A stretch of 64,000 bases of DNA from Phoronis australis (GCA_002633005.1 NMRA01000151.1:62001-126000), one strand, 5' to 3'; shown: positions 13,557-27,263, counted from the first letter of the stretch. The notes: generated from the sequence alone by a model not told the origin. Made by a program: numbers and translations.

Positions 13557-13704
13557 GTGATAAGGCAGTGTTGAGTGGTGACAAAGAGTCCGATAACGAA
13601 CAAGAAGTGGCAGAAGAGGATGGGGCTGAGGAAGAGGTCTTTTACGACAAAACAAAGTCATTCTTTGACAATATCAGCTGCGAGGCGACAGAACGGGCAA
13701 AGGG
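13557..13704 (+). CDS. LSM14: LSM14 exon 6 (FFD box)
   Basis: ...EVFYDKTKSFFDNISCEA..., bounded by cacag| and |gtaggt. Confidence 0.92.
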
Positions 13705-14051
13705 GTAGGTAGCACTCAGAATCTGCTGAGGGTTAATGCTGGTGAAGTGTTGAAGGATTATGCACTCAAGACATATTACTAACTTGTCATTTAGAATGTT
13801 GCACAAGAGTAGATCAGTGAATAGAATGGGCAAGAGTAGCAGTGAATTCACTTCAGTCTCGTTGGGAAATTCCCAGATGAAATGAATTGTCGATAGGATA
13901 TGGCATTAGTATTCCTATGTATGTGGGATAACCTATATTTACATTAAAAAATCCCAAGTGGGTTGCTTGTCTGTCCCACTCTTTCCAGAATGCAAGGCTT
14001 CAAATGAGGCAATGCAAAATTCGCAAATACTAATAAGTCTTGTTTTTTCAG

Positions 14052-14239
14052 TATTAGCTCAAGGCCAAACTGGAGGGAAGAGCGCAAGTTAAACACCGAG
14101 ACATTCGGCCAATCGGGCAACCTGAGACGGGGTGGGCGAGGAGGCATGAGGGGAGGATACAACTTCTTCAACAATCGCCGTGGCACCAGTGGCAGTCAAT
14201 ACAGAGGTCGTGGCCGTGGAGGTCAGAATTGGAGAGGAC
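14052..14239 (+). CDS. LSM14: LSM14 exon 7 (TFG box + RGG)
   Basis: RPNWREERKLNTETFG...RGGRGGMRGG, bounded by ttcag| and |gtaagt. Confidence 0.92.
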
Positions 14240-14848
14240 GTAAGTGTGGTCAATAAGAAGGGGTTTACCCTTCTGGTATATAGTCAGACTAAGTATTAGA
14301 TGCAAAAATTTTACAAAATAGAACATGGTTGGATACCGTATTTATTTAAGATGTGCTTTTGGCATTGCCTAATATGATATCGCAACAACTATGGACTGTG
14401 CCGCGCTTGGTTTTAAAGTGCTTAAAATGTTGTGTCGGTTTGACACCAGAAAATTGTATCATGCATACAGTAAAAATTTGGGACATAGAAATTTAAACAG
14501 ATTGAATTTTCTTTATTCCATATTTCTCAAATTTCAGACACTGCATTTTATTTCAACAAAATTTGGAAGTTGACTTGGCAGTTCATAAAATTGACGTAAC
14601 TAGCTGCCAAGGCAACCTTTTCATGCACCCCACCAGTTTATAGTATCGAGGTGAGGGATTGTTTGTCGTTGATGATAATTTTTGAATTTGTGGCGATGAT
14701 TATTGCATATTTCTAAAATTTGGTGTAAGCTCTGACCTTGAGCAAAATTGAAGCAGTTTGGTTTTGGTGGCAGTTCAAATATTCTCCCTACCTGTCCATT
14801 GAGCAAAGCATTCAGTTTACGTTGCACCATTTTCTTTCCATTTACAAG

Positions 14849-14955
14849 GAGGCCGGGGTGGTAACCGAGGAGGTCGGCCCAGGAGTCAGGGTTGGGTAGA
14901 CTACGACTTTGACTATGCAGCCGCTGGCATAGAAAGGAATAATCTCAACTCTAAA
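14849..14955 (+). CDS. LSM14: LSM14 exon 8
   Basis: RGRGGNRGGRPRSQGWVDYDFDYAAAGIERNNLNSK; phase-consistent; |gtaagc donor. Confidence 0.75.
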
Positions 14956-15050
14956 GTAAGCTGTTCAGTTATTGTCAACATTAAAGTACTGTTGCCTGTA
15001 GAGCAGTTTTGTTTTATGCACAGTTGCAGTTTTAGTCTTAAACTGTCTCT

Positions 15051-16722
15051 GGGCGGTTCCAACAAAATCTGTATGAGGGGGGGAGCAGTTGAAATAAATA
15101 TTTATGGGTGGTTGCCTTCTGAAGGAAAGTTAGATTATGGGTAAATAGTTAAAAGTGTGTGCTGTTTTTAGGTGCCCGCATATTTATATGTGGGTGCATA
15201 TTGCCTTCGTCTCTGTCTGGGCGTCCGGCGTCTGCAGCTGTATCTCTTAAACCCCTCACAGGATCTTGATGAGATTTGGCAGATGTGTTCCTATGAAGCT
15301 GACAACAGGTGACGACGAATTTCGGACCTATCTGACTGCAGGTGTGCCCCCTAGGGGCAATTTTTTATGTTCACCTCTGTCTTCGGAGGTCCTTAGGGCT
15401 GTTCCAGTAAAATCCGTGTGGGAGGGGGGGGACGGCAGTAGAAATAAAAATTCATGGGTGGTGGTCTTCAGAAAAAAACTCAAATTATGGGTGGTCGTTC
15501 CTGTAAGAAGTGATGCATTAAAAATGGGTGGTATTTTTTGACCTGTTAATGTCGATAGGTTGGTTACTTCAGCCGTAAAAACTCAAAAATAAATGCAATT
15601 GTCCTAACTTATCCAAATACAAAAAAGCCCATATTGCCAGTGAACAGAGTGCAATATGTTCACTAAGCCATTAATCAAGNCTTAGTGGAGTTTTATAAAA
15701 TTTGGCAGTTAGGCATTTATTAGGGAGATAACGCTATCCTCCCATTTTGGATGGATTCAAAGTATTTTGCGCCACCTGGTGGCCATTTTTAATGTTTTAA
15801 AGTCTTTTTGTTGGCGTCCATTCCTCTGTCAACTAAACCACTCTAAGGATGATTGTGAAAATTGGCATGTATGTTCCTACTGAGAAGAAGACGGATGAAA
15901 ATGTTTTTCCGACGACTTCGAATACTGTGGCGCAGTTTTGTTTGTTTTCGCGCCTATGGCCGTAGCTTCTAAACGCTCTACAGGATCTTTATTAAATTTG
16001 AGCAAATGTATTTATATGAGGTTGACAACAAACGACGATGACTTTCAGACATATCGGACTACCGGTGTGCCCCCTAGTGGCAATTTTACACAGATTTGGA
16101 TGCCGTAGCACCCGTGTTGGCCATTTGAGTTTTTGACAAGACAGGTTGGTTATCTCGAAAACAGCTAGGCACAACTGGATGGAATTTGGCACAAAGTTAT
16201 ATGACGGGGATGGATGCGCTGACAGCAGTTGATTTTCGTTTCGATTCGAACACCCTTTTAGCCGCTTCAGTTTTCGACAACATTTGGCGTCGACCATCTA
16301 AGTTCTTAACAAATCATGGTGTGTGTCCTATAGGCAATTTGTTTACAAGTGTTGCTGCTGCTTGTAGGTATTTTGAAATAATGAGCACCCCTAGTATCTG
16401 CCATTTGCAATGCACTCGAAGGGCACATACCAACATTCTTGATCATGAATCACTATTCACTGGAGCTGATGTTGTGTCTGCCGGACTGTTGTCGGCTCAC
16501 AAAACACTGAATACAGAAAAGGTCTAAAGCGAATAAGTCTCAACATGTATATCACCGTGTATAATCCAAGCATGATTAAAAAATATTATGGATGGTGGCA
16601 TTTTATATTTCAACTTAATTAAAAGTTCTGGGTGGTGGGTTTGAGAAATAAAAGAAAAATATGGGGGGTGGGTAAAAATGAAAGTGCCTTCCCCCTCCCA
16701 TGCATTTTTACTGGAACAGCCC
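15051..16722. mobile_element. Nested cluster: older GGGC(T/G)GTTCCA MITE, interrupted by a HINE-like element, itself interrupted by a younger copy of the same MITE
   Basis: Outer TIR halves are at 15051 and 16722. The HINE 3' hairpin (reverse orientation) is at ~15172-15200. The inner MITE starts TTA|GGGCTG at 15396, and the host resumes with CTTA after the n at 15680. Confidence 0.65.
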
Positions 16723-17448
16723 TCATTAGTTTCTTTTTATTTACATATGTAAGTGGTAATAAAATGGATTAGTGTTCCCAGTCTGTGAATGTATCAAAAC
16801 TGGCTCTAGGGTCACCAACTTGTGTTCATATCTTGGTGATATATGTTCAAAAAGCTCGTTTCATATTTTCGTCTTAAGTATTTTGATGCACACAGAGGAA
16901 AATTGTGGTCACATGTAGTCGTACTGTTTATTGACTTTTGCTTGTCCGCCGATCATCTCGAAAACCACGTGATGTATCTTGTTGAAATTTGAAAGAGTTA
17001 GATGTTGCCAAATCATAGACATTAGTCAATTTTCGGATGGATTAGACAACTGTGGCACCCCTGTTTGCCCTTTTAGTTGTTGGCAAGGGGTTCGTCGTCC
17101 ATCAATTTTTACCAAAATGACTGACCAGTTTTGTCTGTTCTAACTGTGTCACAATCGGTATTGATAGCGAACATAAAAAATTGGTCAGGTGTCATGATTG
17201 TGACGTTAAACATTCACATGCATGTATCGTGAAGAGCCATAGGAATGGAGCTCTATTTGCAGTAGTGGCATTTGCACACACGCTTTGAACAATAAACGGC
17301 TAATTTGTTTGATGCACTCACAACTACATGACCCCAAACAGAAGTTGTCAGTTGCAATGGCATTCAAATGCCTCAGTGCTAATGTTTTGCAACAGTAGTC
17401 AGTGCTTATTCACTGATTTCCTGGAGCTGCATATGTGCCTAAGTTCCG

Positions 17449-17598
17449 CAATTGGGCGCAGCTTCACAATTTGGGGCGTACACTCAATTGGGCACAGCTT
17501 CACAATTTGGGACGTACACTCAATTGGGCACAGCTTCACAATTTGGGGCGTACACTCAATTGGGCACAGCTTCACAATTAGGGGCTTACACTCAATTG
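17449..17598. repeat. 36-bp minisatellite, 4 copies
   Basis: Unit CAATTGGGCACAGCTTCACAATTTGGGGCGTACACT at 17449, 17485, 17521 and 17557. Confidence 0.92.
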
Positions 17599-18125
17599 CT
17601 GGCTTTTGTGATAACGGTGTTGCCGTAACTCATATGACTAAAGAAATTCTGTAAAATCCATTAGTTCTGAGGTAGGCACGTGACCATGAAATTACAATGG
17701 AAATAACAATTGTAATACTAATAATAACAGTCTGCTACATCAAATAATAAAAGAAAACATGAAAATAATAACACCATTAATATTGATTATTCGTATAAAT
17801 TATGACAAATTTAAAAATAAGTGTGTGATCTGTATAATTATTTTACACCGCAACTGCTTTTTCCTACACTTAAGATAAGGTGGTGTTAAGTTGAGCTTAA
17901 GGCTACCTCATGTCAAGACGACTTCAATGCAAGTTAAGGTATCTTGCATCAAGGTGACGCTAAGGTGGCCTCGATGTGCTGGATTTATTTGTATTGTGAA
18001 TGAGACGCTAACTTATATAAGGTGGGTTTGAGTTAGTCGTCCCTGTATTTTGTGTCAGTTTTTGTGCTGTTGGTCATGTATGTGAAGTGAAATGTGTAGC
18101 AGTAATAATTATTTTCCCATTACAG

Positions 18126-18149
18126 CCTGCTGCAGCTGCAAAGTCATAG
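18126..18149 (+). CDS. LSM14: LSM14 probable last coding exon
   Basis: ttttcccattacag| PAAAAKS* in phase 0, followed by largely non-repetitive UTR-like sequence. Confidence 0.55.
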   Translation, partial: PAAAAKS

Positions 18150-21100
18150 TTTTGGAAAAGAGAATCCAGCCCAGAACTTCGATGATTGAATGTATAAACA
18201 CAGGATTTTGAATAATGTTGGACGGTTGATGAAATAGTGCCATTAGCTGAAGAAATATTAGTTATCCCACAACTGGCTTTGCACTTTTTAATATTCTTTC
18301 CACCTTTTAATATTCTTTCCACGAGTAGTTTTCTTTTGCTATTATTTTTCAAGTGTTGCCAATATTGTTCCGGAAGCTTGGCGTGTTTCTATGAAGGTGT
18401 GTACAAGAACTGTGTTATTATTTTGGGGGTCAACTTAGTTGTCTGTTGCATTTGGCGAGGTTCACCACACGAAATGCACGTTACGTTACATTTTGCTGGT
18501 TTGGTGTATTAAAGAGACAAAGTTGCTTCCATATTTTTGTTTCGAGTAATACAACTACTGCCTGTCATGTGAATAGAATAAATTTGTGTTCAGATTTTTT
18601 AAACAGGCAAGGTATTTACTGCAAGATGATTTGCAACCAGTTAAAACTTTGACCAGATTTGGCTTTTCAGCCTGCTTTAGTAAAATTCTGGCCAGCAAGG
18701 CTGTCATTGATGGATTTGAACCACACCCTGGGAAAAAGTGAGCCCTCGGGCAGTTACTCTGAATCAGTATTTTAGTAAGAGTGGCCGAGGTGCCCCGAGA
18801 ATGTGCTCATTCACGTTTTTGCAGTGTTTCTAGACAAATGCTGGATTATTTATTTCGAAGCAATGTAATTTAAGTCCAGACATGCTTGTTCCAATTCTTT
18901 TTTCGATAATGAATGCATTCCAAATGCTTGTTTGCCCTATCCATTTCAAAATAAATGTAAAACATTGCCTATCAGGTCATCTTGTTTTCACCTTTATGAT
19001 GCTGCTGGGAATTTTGATTTGTGATCTGAACAGCAGTAGGCCTACTGCTTATCAGAGTTCTGGAGCTCTCGTGTGTATAGATTCGGCAACAGGAAATGGA
19101 AATGCACTGTGTGTTCTCCTAGAACAGATACACACCCTTCTCTTTTCGTTTCCTGCAGATTTAAATGTACTACACCAAAGGCAGTGCTGTGACGTATAGG
19201 TTGCAAGACTAGTGCTGAAATTTCTATTTCATTGTTCTGGAAATGTCAATTTTGTGTACATTGTAATGTAAAAGTTGCAAGCTGTAATGAAAATGTTGAT
19301 AAAATACATGAAAACAGGGCACTAAGTTTTTTTTTCTGTTGAGCATTTCTAATTTAATTCAGCTTAGGCATTTAGAATAGGAAATATGATGAAAGGCGGA
19401 ACTTCGGTTACAGGCGAAAGCCAACAATTAAATTGACCAATTTCACTGTGAGTGATACAAGTTTATTTGGTATAACCGTATTACGAATGTACTGTTAGTA
19501 ATAAATAAGGTTACTAAAGCACAACTCGTTAATATGAGTGGGACATCGTTTTTGTGTATAGTAGAAACGAATGCATGAATACATGTTCTCTAGACCAATC
19601 TGCCGCTCCACTTAGTGATTCAACCATTACAGCTTGTGTGCATAGTGATACGGTATTTTACCAATATGGCCGTTGATACTTTTGCACTGGCAAATTGAAC
19701 GTTCAGCATTGCGGCTGTATCTCCTAAACCCCTTGCAAGATGTTTTTGAAATTCACAATTGACAGCAGATGGACGGATTGGACAACTGTGGTTACTAATG
19801 GCACTTTTTTACATTTGCCTTTGCTCTTTGATGAATTTAGAAGGCAAATAGTTTTTGAGAAACAACACCTTCCCATTTCTGGATGGGTTCAATGTTTTCT
19901 GTGCCATCTAATGGCCATTTTTATGATGCAGATAAACACCGTTTGCGGTGCAGTCGTGGGTGCATTTCAACGCTCAGCGTAGTTTTTCTTTGTAAATTTG
20001 ACAAATTTTACTTACAAAATATATTTTGAACTTCCAGTTTTCCATCAAAACGAAATATAAAAAATGAATTCTTCAAATCAGTGAAAAAATTCTGTACTCT
20101 CACTTTGGCATGAAGCGACCAGTAATTTTACACAGAAAAAGTGTTTTTCCAAGATAACCCGGGATCTGTATTTTCAGTAAAGTATAATCTTTGGTGACTA
20201 TTAGGTGTTCAATAAGGCAGGGCATAGACAGTAACCAGTTTGTATTGTCCTTCAATGCGTATATTGTAATAGTGTACAATTGCCATTGAGTGACCTCAGT
20301 TCTTAATGTTTTGTTATACACCATGCTCCAGTGAGCATTAACAGGTTTCTTGAGCACACAACAGGTTGTTCTCAGATTTGAGTACATACTTAATTGTTAA
20401 AAGTAAACATCTCGACCAACTGTTAAAGGTAAACATCTCGACAAAATGTCTCAATGAATAATGTCTTGCATTATGCCCAAGTACAACTCTGCAGAATGTT
20501 CTGGGCCACATCCAAACAAGCTACGCATAGTGCTACCTAAACTGATAGCTCTTCACAACAGCACATTTAGCGACACACAAAATTACAGGTGCTTCATCAG
20601 AGCATAGAACTCTAGCCCTGTAATGCCAACTCTGATCTCGTGGCCGCTGAGGTTACGCTGCGTAAGAGTTTTTTTGCATTCGTTCGTTCTGGTACCTGTG
20701 TACTTGCTATAGAAATTGCTGTCATTAAAACTATTCGCAACTCCGCCGTTTTTCATCCGAATTGCATTTGAGCCATATCCCTAGAAAGCCCTTTGTCAGT
20801 TCTCGATGAGTATACCAGAAGCAAAAGATAAATAATTTAATTCAAAAGTAATTATCATTTCGCATACTTGATTGGTTTAAAAATAGGCCTACATTTTTAA
20901 TTCTAGAAACTAAGAGTGTTGCCAAAATGTGAAAATTACAGCTGTAAAAGAAACATAAACGAGAGCAACACGAAGTATTAGAAACTTGAAATGTGCCCAC
21001 GACAGCACCCCAAACGGTGTGCTACTAGATGGTGCAGAATGCGTCACACCCGTCCAAATTAAGGAGGCGCAGTTTCTGTAATACACAACTATTCGCAAAA

Positions 21101-21608
21101 TTTTATGAAAATAAGCCAAGGAACTCCTAAGATTTAGAGATATACATAAAACCAACAGTAGGGAGCACAGCTATTGTCTGATTGCTTGAAAATTATCGTC
21201 ATCTGTTGCCAAGTCTATGGGAGATCATCTGCCAAATTTCACAAAGATCCTTCAAGGGGTTAAGAAAGATACACCCATAAACGCAACATTGCCCCTAGAA
21301 GGCGACAAGGGTTAAGAAGACACACCCGTAGATGCAACATTGCCCCTAGGGGCCGCCAGAATAGTGAAAAATACCAAAAAATTTGAGTCCAGGTGTTGAC
21401 AAGGACGCCTGCTAGATGAAGGCCTATTGAGTACCAATAAAATTCATGGTGTTGATCAGGAATGACAATGATTTACTGAAATGATAACAAGGCGGAGACA
21501 TAGTTCAATAGTTGCGAGTTTTTCAGTATGAGTCTTGACTGCTCTTAGTAGAAGTAACTGTCATGAAGGGAAAACTAGCTGATCACTTCTGGCATGTAGT
21601 TTTATTCC

Positions 21609-21828
21609 TCATCGAGGTATCGCTCTTATGACTTTACTTGTGCCTTCAATCTCAATCTGTTCAAATGACCACTGTCGGTTACACCTGCATTGAGTTCCAC
21701 ATTTCTCTGAACCACACTTGGGACAAGGAAAATGGCAGCCAGGGCAGTCCAGATCAGTACAGTCACAAATATCTGAAGAGTCATCAAGAAATCGGCCCGT
21801 GTCATCATAGAGTTGGTTTTTCCTTAAA
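21609..21828 (-). CDS. ARL14EP-like protein, exon 3 (Cys-rich ARF7EP_C domain)
   Basis: YDDTGRFLDDSSDICDCTDLDCPGCHFPCPKCGSEKCGTQCRCNRQWSFEQIEIEG matches the ARL14EP/ARF7EP C-terminal Cys cluster. The spliced product is about 158 aa. Confidence 0.9.
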
Positions 21829-22503
21829 CTGCATAAAAGAAATGATTCATTCATTATTTAAGCTAAAAATATACCCTGTGATGTACAGGTTTCCCATTTA
21901 AACTACAACACAAACTTCTGAACAAAGCTCCTCACTTTAGAACATGATAAAGTTCACTTACTCACTACCTTGTGCCAGCACCCACAAAATGAGGTTTACA
22001 GACACAGGAAGCACAGCTCATGGAATCCCATCCGCAAAAAAGCTCACGAACCACAAACACACTTCCAGCACCAGTAAACACCCATAGACTCTTCGGAACT
22101 TGTCAAAATGGTTAGTAGTGGAGGCGAGTCCATGACATGTGCTTAATGGGTGCGTAAGCCATACTTTCTAGGTGCAGGTGAGAGTTTGCGAGTTACGAAG
22201 TGAGTTTACAGGTCTGTGAACTATGTTAACAAGTGCATGAGGCATGTTGCGAGAAAACTTCACACAAGTAAAAACTATTCTTAGGCAATCAGCACAATTA
22301 CATATAGCTGCCGTTTTGCTCATTGTAACCCAATCTTTGCTCAAAAGGAAATACCAATTTTAATAATATTTCAACAATGAAAGTAGTCCGACTCTTGACT
22401 TGTGATTACTTCATGATAGCTGAACGAATGCGTAACGGGTACTAACAGAAACATTTAGTCAACATTAACAAGCAAAGTAATCATTCAGTCAATATGACAT
22501 TAC

Positions 22504-22631
22504 CCATCTCTATAAATTCTTCGGTTCATCTTTCTCATTTCCCTTGAGCTTCGCTCAGGGTCAAAGTCTTCCATGAATTTGCCTGGATTAATGAAAGAGA
22601 GAGCACGCAGCTCTCGGGGATTGTTAAGCTC
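22504..22631 (-). CDS. ARL14EP-like protein, exon 2
   Basis: cttacag| ELNNPRELRALSFINPGKFMEDFDPERSSREMRKMNRRIYRDG |gtaatg. The 'L.F.NPG..M.DF.PE' motif is typical of the ARL14EP family. Confidence 0.85.
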
Positions 22632-22664
22632 CTGTAAGAAAAATCAAAAATTACTTTGACATAA

Positions 22665-25655
22665 GCTTCCAAAGCCTAAATATCGGACACCATGTTTCCC
22701 CATACGCCTCAGCGTGGAAAACTTGACAATCCAAGTGATGGCCATGGGCACCTTGTCACCAAACCGCAGCTCGAGTGTTTCAATATATTTGCTGCTAGAA
22801 CGCAGCTCCGTTTGCAACAAAATTATCCATAAAACGTAATCTGAGGACAGCACAAAGTTGTTTCGATGAATCAGTGCAGACGACTAAAGCACATGCAACC
22901 TCACTGCAGTTTTTAGTATCTCTTTGCCTCTTTGCGTGTCGGGGGGTTTGACTTGAATTTTAAAAAATACGAAAAAATGAAACAGAGACATATTGTCAGT
23001 TCATTGAGATGATTTCAAAAAGTGGACGGACAAATCACAATCAAGGTCCATATTCGGTGGCTACTTTTGGTGAAAAATGAAGGTTGTCATATACCGGTAC
23101 CTGTAAAACCTGGGTTATTAAGTACCATCATTCCAGGTTTGTAATCTAAAATATTTTTGCACAAGAACCACCGAATAAAATATTATGGCCTAATGCACCG
23201 CAGAACTTTGCATAAAAGGGTACGTACACTACAACTTGTGGTCACAGCCCACTTCTAGCATGCAAAAATTCATAAGGTAGCTGTTAATTTAGTAAGTTCT
23301 TGCACAAATTGATGAATTATCACATGCTAAAGTAAGAAAAGCTATTACCATGCTGATCAAGTTGTTCTGGATGATGATACATTGCATATCTTAACACAGT
23401 ATAATGAGAACTTCTTCTCTTGCAATATGATTCTTATAAAAAGAAAATGACAGGTAACTACTTTTTTCAAGAACTTTATCAGTGCTATTTGCCTAGTTTT
23501 CAACACATTCACCAGTTGGTCAAAATAGTTAAGGCAATGTTAGGCCCAGTGTTCAACTTGTAAACAGTAAAAAATGGTACTGGTTTGGGGGTACGTACAC
23601 TACACACAGTCAATCAACGGCAAATTTGACTAAGTTACAATTGTATGGGATGATCTTGAGTTTTGGGCTGCCTCTACTAGTTGTTTTGTTGCAAGTTGTC
23701 TTGAGAGATAGAGAACCTGCCTCTGCAACATCAGTTGTAACATGACATGTCTTCTAGGATGTTACTAGCCAAGACCTGTGTGGCATTTTATTTCCCACAA
23801 ATTTAATAATGTCCATTGTTTTTTTTTTTTGTTTTGTCAGACTGGATACATTTTGGAAATATCAGTATTGTTCATGAGAACAGCAGCATGTAAAATACTT
23901 GTGGGCAATACTTTATAGCACAGAGGTTGGAGGTACGTACACTACACAGGGGTACGTACACTACATTTCAATGACTTGTCAGGTTTATAAAAAATACTTA
24001 GAATCTACTGATAGTTAATTCACTTACCAAATCTATTCAAACAGAACAAACAAACAAAAAGTACAGCATAAATGTGTATATCTGTGTGTCATTCTTTGAA
24101 AACAGACACATGTTAAAATATAGGGGTATGCACACTACACAAATGCTAATATTTCACTCAAAACAAATGCATTTATAATTTTAATTAAGGGTGTTAAAAC
24201 ATCCTTTTAACCTATCACTTTTAATGGAGGAAGCTGTGTGACAAATGTTGCATACTTACCATGTAATATTTTTGTTTCGTGGTATTTGTTCACATCGGGG
24301 TACGTACACTACACGGGTACGTACACTACATTTCAATGACATGTCAGGTTTGTAACTAAATAATAAGAATCTACTGAGAGTTAGTTGATTTACTAAATCA
24401 ATTCAATGAGAAAAAATAAAAAGCACAGCATTCATGCGCTTATGTGCCACACTTTGAAAATAGGCACAAATTAAAATATGGGGGTACGTACTCTACACAA
24501 GTGCTAATATTTCACTCAAAACAAATGTATTTGCAATGAACACCCTTTTAACCTAACATTTTAAAGGAAGGAAACTGCCTATGACAACTGTTGCTCACTT
24601 ACCAAGTGATATTTTAATTTCATGGCACTTGTAAACAAGGGGGTACATACACTACAAAAGGGGGTACTTACACTACTTCACTGTTTCTGCATCACATGGT
24701 AACATAATGTTGTATGGCCATTAATTTTTCTTTGGTGATAATAAGCATCATGTTGTTATTTAAAAGGCAATAATTTTATTTGCAATGAACATTTGTGTTA
24801 TTGAAATCCACATGGGGGTACGTACACTACATGTTGTTAGCTTTTTGGCCCATTTTCACCATAGCAGAACCCAGACAATATTCAAACTTTTGGTTTGTTT
24901 AGATATTGAATAATTTGCTGTGTTGCCTAGGCTATCATGTTCTACAGTTCTTTAATTACAGAGTGTGAACTTTAGTTTTTAATCCTCTTTACACTAGGTG
25001 ATGGTTAGAAACAAAGAATTCACAACGAGTGCCTGTTTTATGACGAACTCTACCTTTTCTCAATGATTAAGCACAACTTCGTCTAAGTGATTCTGAACGT
25101 AAATCAAGTTATTCCCAGTCATATCAAAGCAATTGCTTACTTAATAAAATAAATTTCTTTTCTACTGTTGACAGTTGAAAATTGTAATTTTTAAAATGGC
25201 CACTCGTAACGCTAAAATGCATGAAATTCATTGACAAAAACACGCATAAATTTCTTGAACACAGTCCGATTTTGATGATTCTTTTTTTAATTTGCACAAC
25301 TAAATAACTCTTTGCATGTGAGATTCAGTTGGCATTTGGTAAGTGACCAAAAAAAAATTATTTTAGATCGTAACACAGTCAACTCTCGAAAATGGACCTT
25401 GATTGTGATTTAGCCAGGAAAAAATTTTGTTTTCAACTTTTATAATCAATTGATGTGATCGTCTATTTCAGGCCGACTCGAGGGTCTAAACTGCACCCTC
25501 TCTCAGTGAAATAAAAACGAGGAAACACTATAAAAAAACGAAACAGTGCCGGAACAAAAATTGGTGTCATTTACTTCTCAGATCATGCTTCAAGTAAGAT
25601 TTTATGTAATGTCCGATATTTAGGGTCCGTCCGATAATTAGGTACACTATGTGTA
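22665..25655. mobile_element. Non-autonomous TIR element (CCTAAATATCGGAC / GTCCGATATTTAGG), split by the 23036-25407 insertion
   Basis: Both flanks (22665-23035 and 25408-25655) align by eye, in reverse orientation, with the contiguous copy at ~38440-38960. Confidence 0.6.
23036..25407. mobile_element. Non-autonomous CAC...GTG element (CMC/EnSpm-Chapaev-like) with an internal motif array
   Basis: TIRs CACAATCAAGGTCCATATTCG / CGAAAATGGACCTTGATTGTG (1 mismatch), flanked by AT on both sides. It carries 11 co-oriented GGGTACGTACACTACA-like motifs and no ORF. Confidence 0.75.
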
Positions 25656-25792
25656 CGGTTTTGTACCTATGAGAGACAGTTTGTTTTGAGCACGTCTTTC
25701 ATGAAGAGTGGGCCATAGCAAGGTGACTTTGATGTTTAAATTAGTGTGAGGCATAATTCACCGAAAATCTTCCAGTGTATGAAGGCCCTATG

Positions 25793-27263
25793 TATGGGCA
25801 GCGAAAACGTTTAAAATAGACAACACTTCCACATAAACAAGTTAGTTTTCAAACACACAGGTTATTTGGTTCAGTTTTGGCAAACACACAGGTTATTAGG
25901 TTAAATTTTGACAAAATGACAGGTTATTTGGTTAAATTTTGACAAAGAAACAGGTTATTTGGTGAATGAAAAAAAGTTAGTTGTGCCGAACAGACATGTT
26001 AATTGCGCCGAACAGACAGGCTACTTGTGCCAAACAGACAGGCTACTTGTCGAACGAACACGTCAGCTCTATCAGACAGGTTAGTCATCGAATACAAATG
26101 TTGGTATTGTCAAACAGATGTAGTAGTCAAACAGACAGGACAGAGGGCGCTGTCACAATTCAAGAAATAGTTGACGTCACCAAGTCATCGAATATCATGA
26201 GCCGCGTAATGAGCACAAAAATTCCACAAACTTCTTTTTGATGGTCTGCAGTGAAGAGTTTCCTTCATAAGAATGTTCTCAATTTGTCATCGACCATTCT
26301 TAAACAAAACTTAAATGTGTAATCATGATGCGTTTGCTTGTTGAAATCAAGTTGCCTGATTAAAAGCAAAGACCCTCAATAATGCTCTGCATTACATGTA
26401 CTGAGGGTCAATGTTGTCAAAAATGTAACAAACAGATTTGTTGCTTTGACATCATACCTGCAGAGCCATTACATGATTTTGTTTTATGCGAAAGAATTTA
26501 ATGAGTCTTACAGTTAGCTGCTGACATTTTGGGACTGAAATACCCGTCACATTAATTGCCAACAGTTGACAGGGTTTCTCGGAATGCATCTTATCTTACG
26601 CTTTCCTGACTAAACCACCATCCACAGTTAGAAAACTGTGGCATTAGGAAGGGGCGCCAAAACCGGCTGCTGAAATTTTCTGTTAATTTGCCGCGGACTA
26701 TCACTTTGCCAAGCGACACTTGTGTAATTTTACGAGGAAAGTTCGCGCTCTCTTGCACTTCAATTTTACTTGCGTCAAGCAGGAGCTTCAAAACGTCCAG
26801 TGGCGCAAAGCCGCAGCAAAGCCTCATCAGTTCTTGTCCCATCCCAAAATAAAAATACCATAATGCAGGTTTGGGGTTCAGTCAGTCTTTGAGACTAAGT
26901 GACATCATTCATTTTCAAGTAGCGCCTTCTGTTCGTTTGCTGTATTCATCTTGTTCATTTTTATCATCTATAGATGTCTCGTGTGTTCGACAGTTGACTT
27001 AATTATTTGAAAGTTGAGCCTCCCAGGTGACTTGTCTGTTTGGTAACCTACTTAATCACTAGCCAACTTACTTGTTTGTTCAACGGTAGGCAATTGTTAT
27101 CCAACAAAATCTGCAAAGTTGTCTTGTCTGTTCGGAAAACCATAGCATTCTTGACTTGTTTATTTGATGAATCACTTGTCTGTTTTGAAAACCACTTGTC
27201 TATTTGTCAAACCACTTGTTTAATTGGCAGTGTTGTCTATTTTGAACCTTTTCGCTGCCCATA
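25793..27263. mobile_element. IS3EU-like non-autonomous DNA transposon
   Basis: CCTATG|TATGGGCAGCGAAAA...TTTTCGCTGCCCATA|CCTATG gives a 6-bp TSD with TAY..RTA termini. TIRs are ~50 bp and imperfect, with subterminal short repeats (ACAGGTTATTTGG, AAACAGACAGG). Confidence 0.75.

Noticed and set aside
17449-17598. 36-bp repeats as a CRISPR array, or the in-frame ORF 17328-17654 as a gene
   Set aside because: The repeats are head-to-tail with no spacers, in a eukaryotic intron. The ORF is open only because the unit length is a multiple of 3.
23220-24835. Motif array as a true CRISPR locus
   Set aside because: The repeat is only ~16 bp, the spacers are 150-350 bp and partly duplicated, there are no cas genes, and it is enclosed by transposon TIRs.
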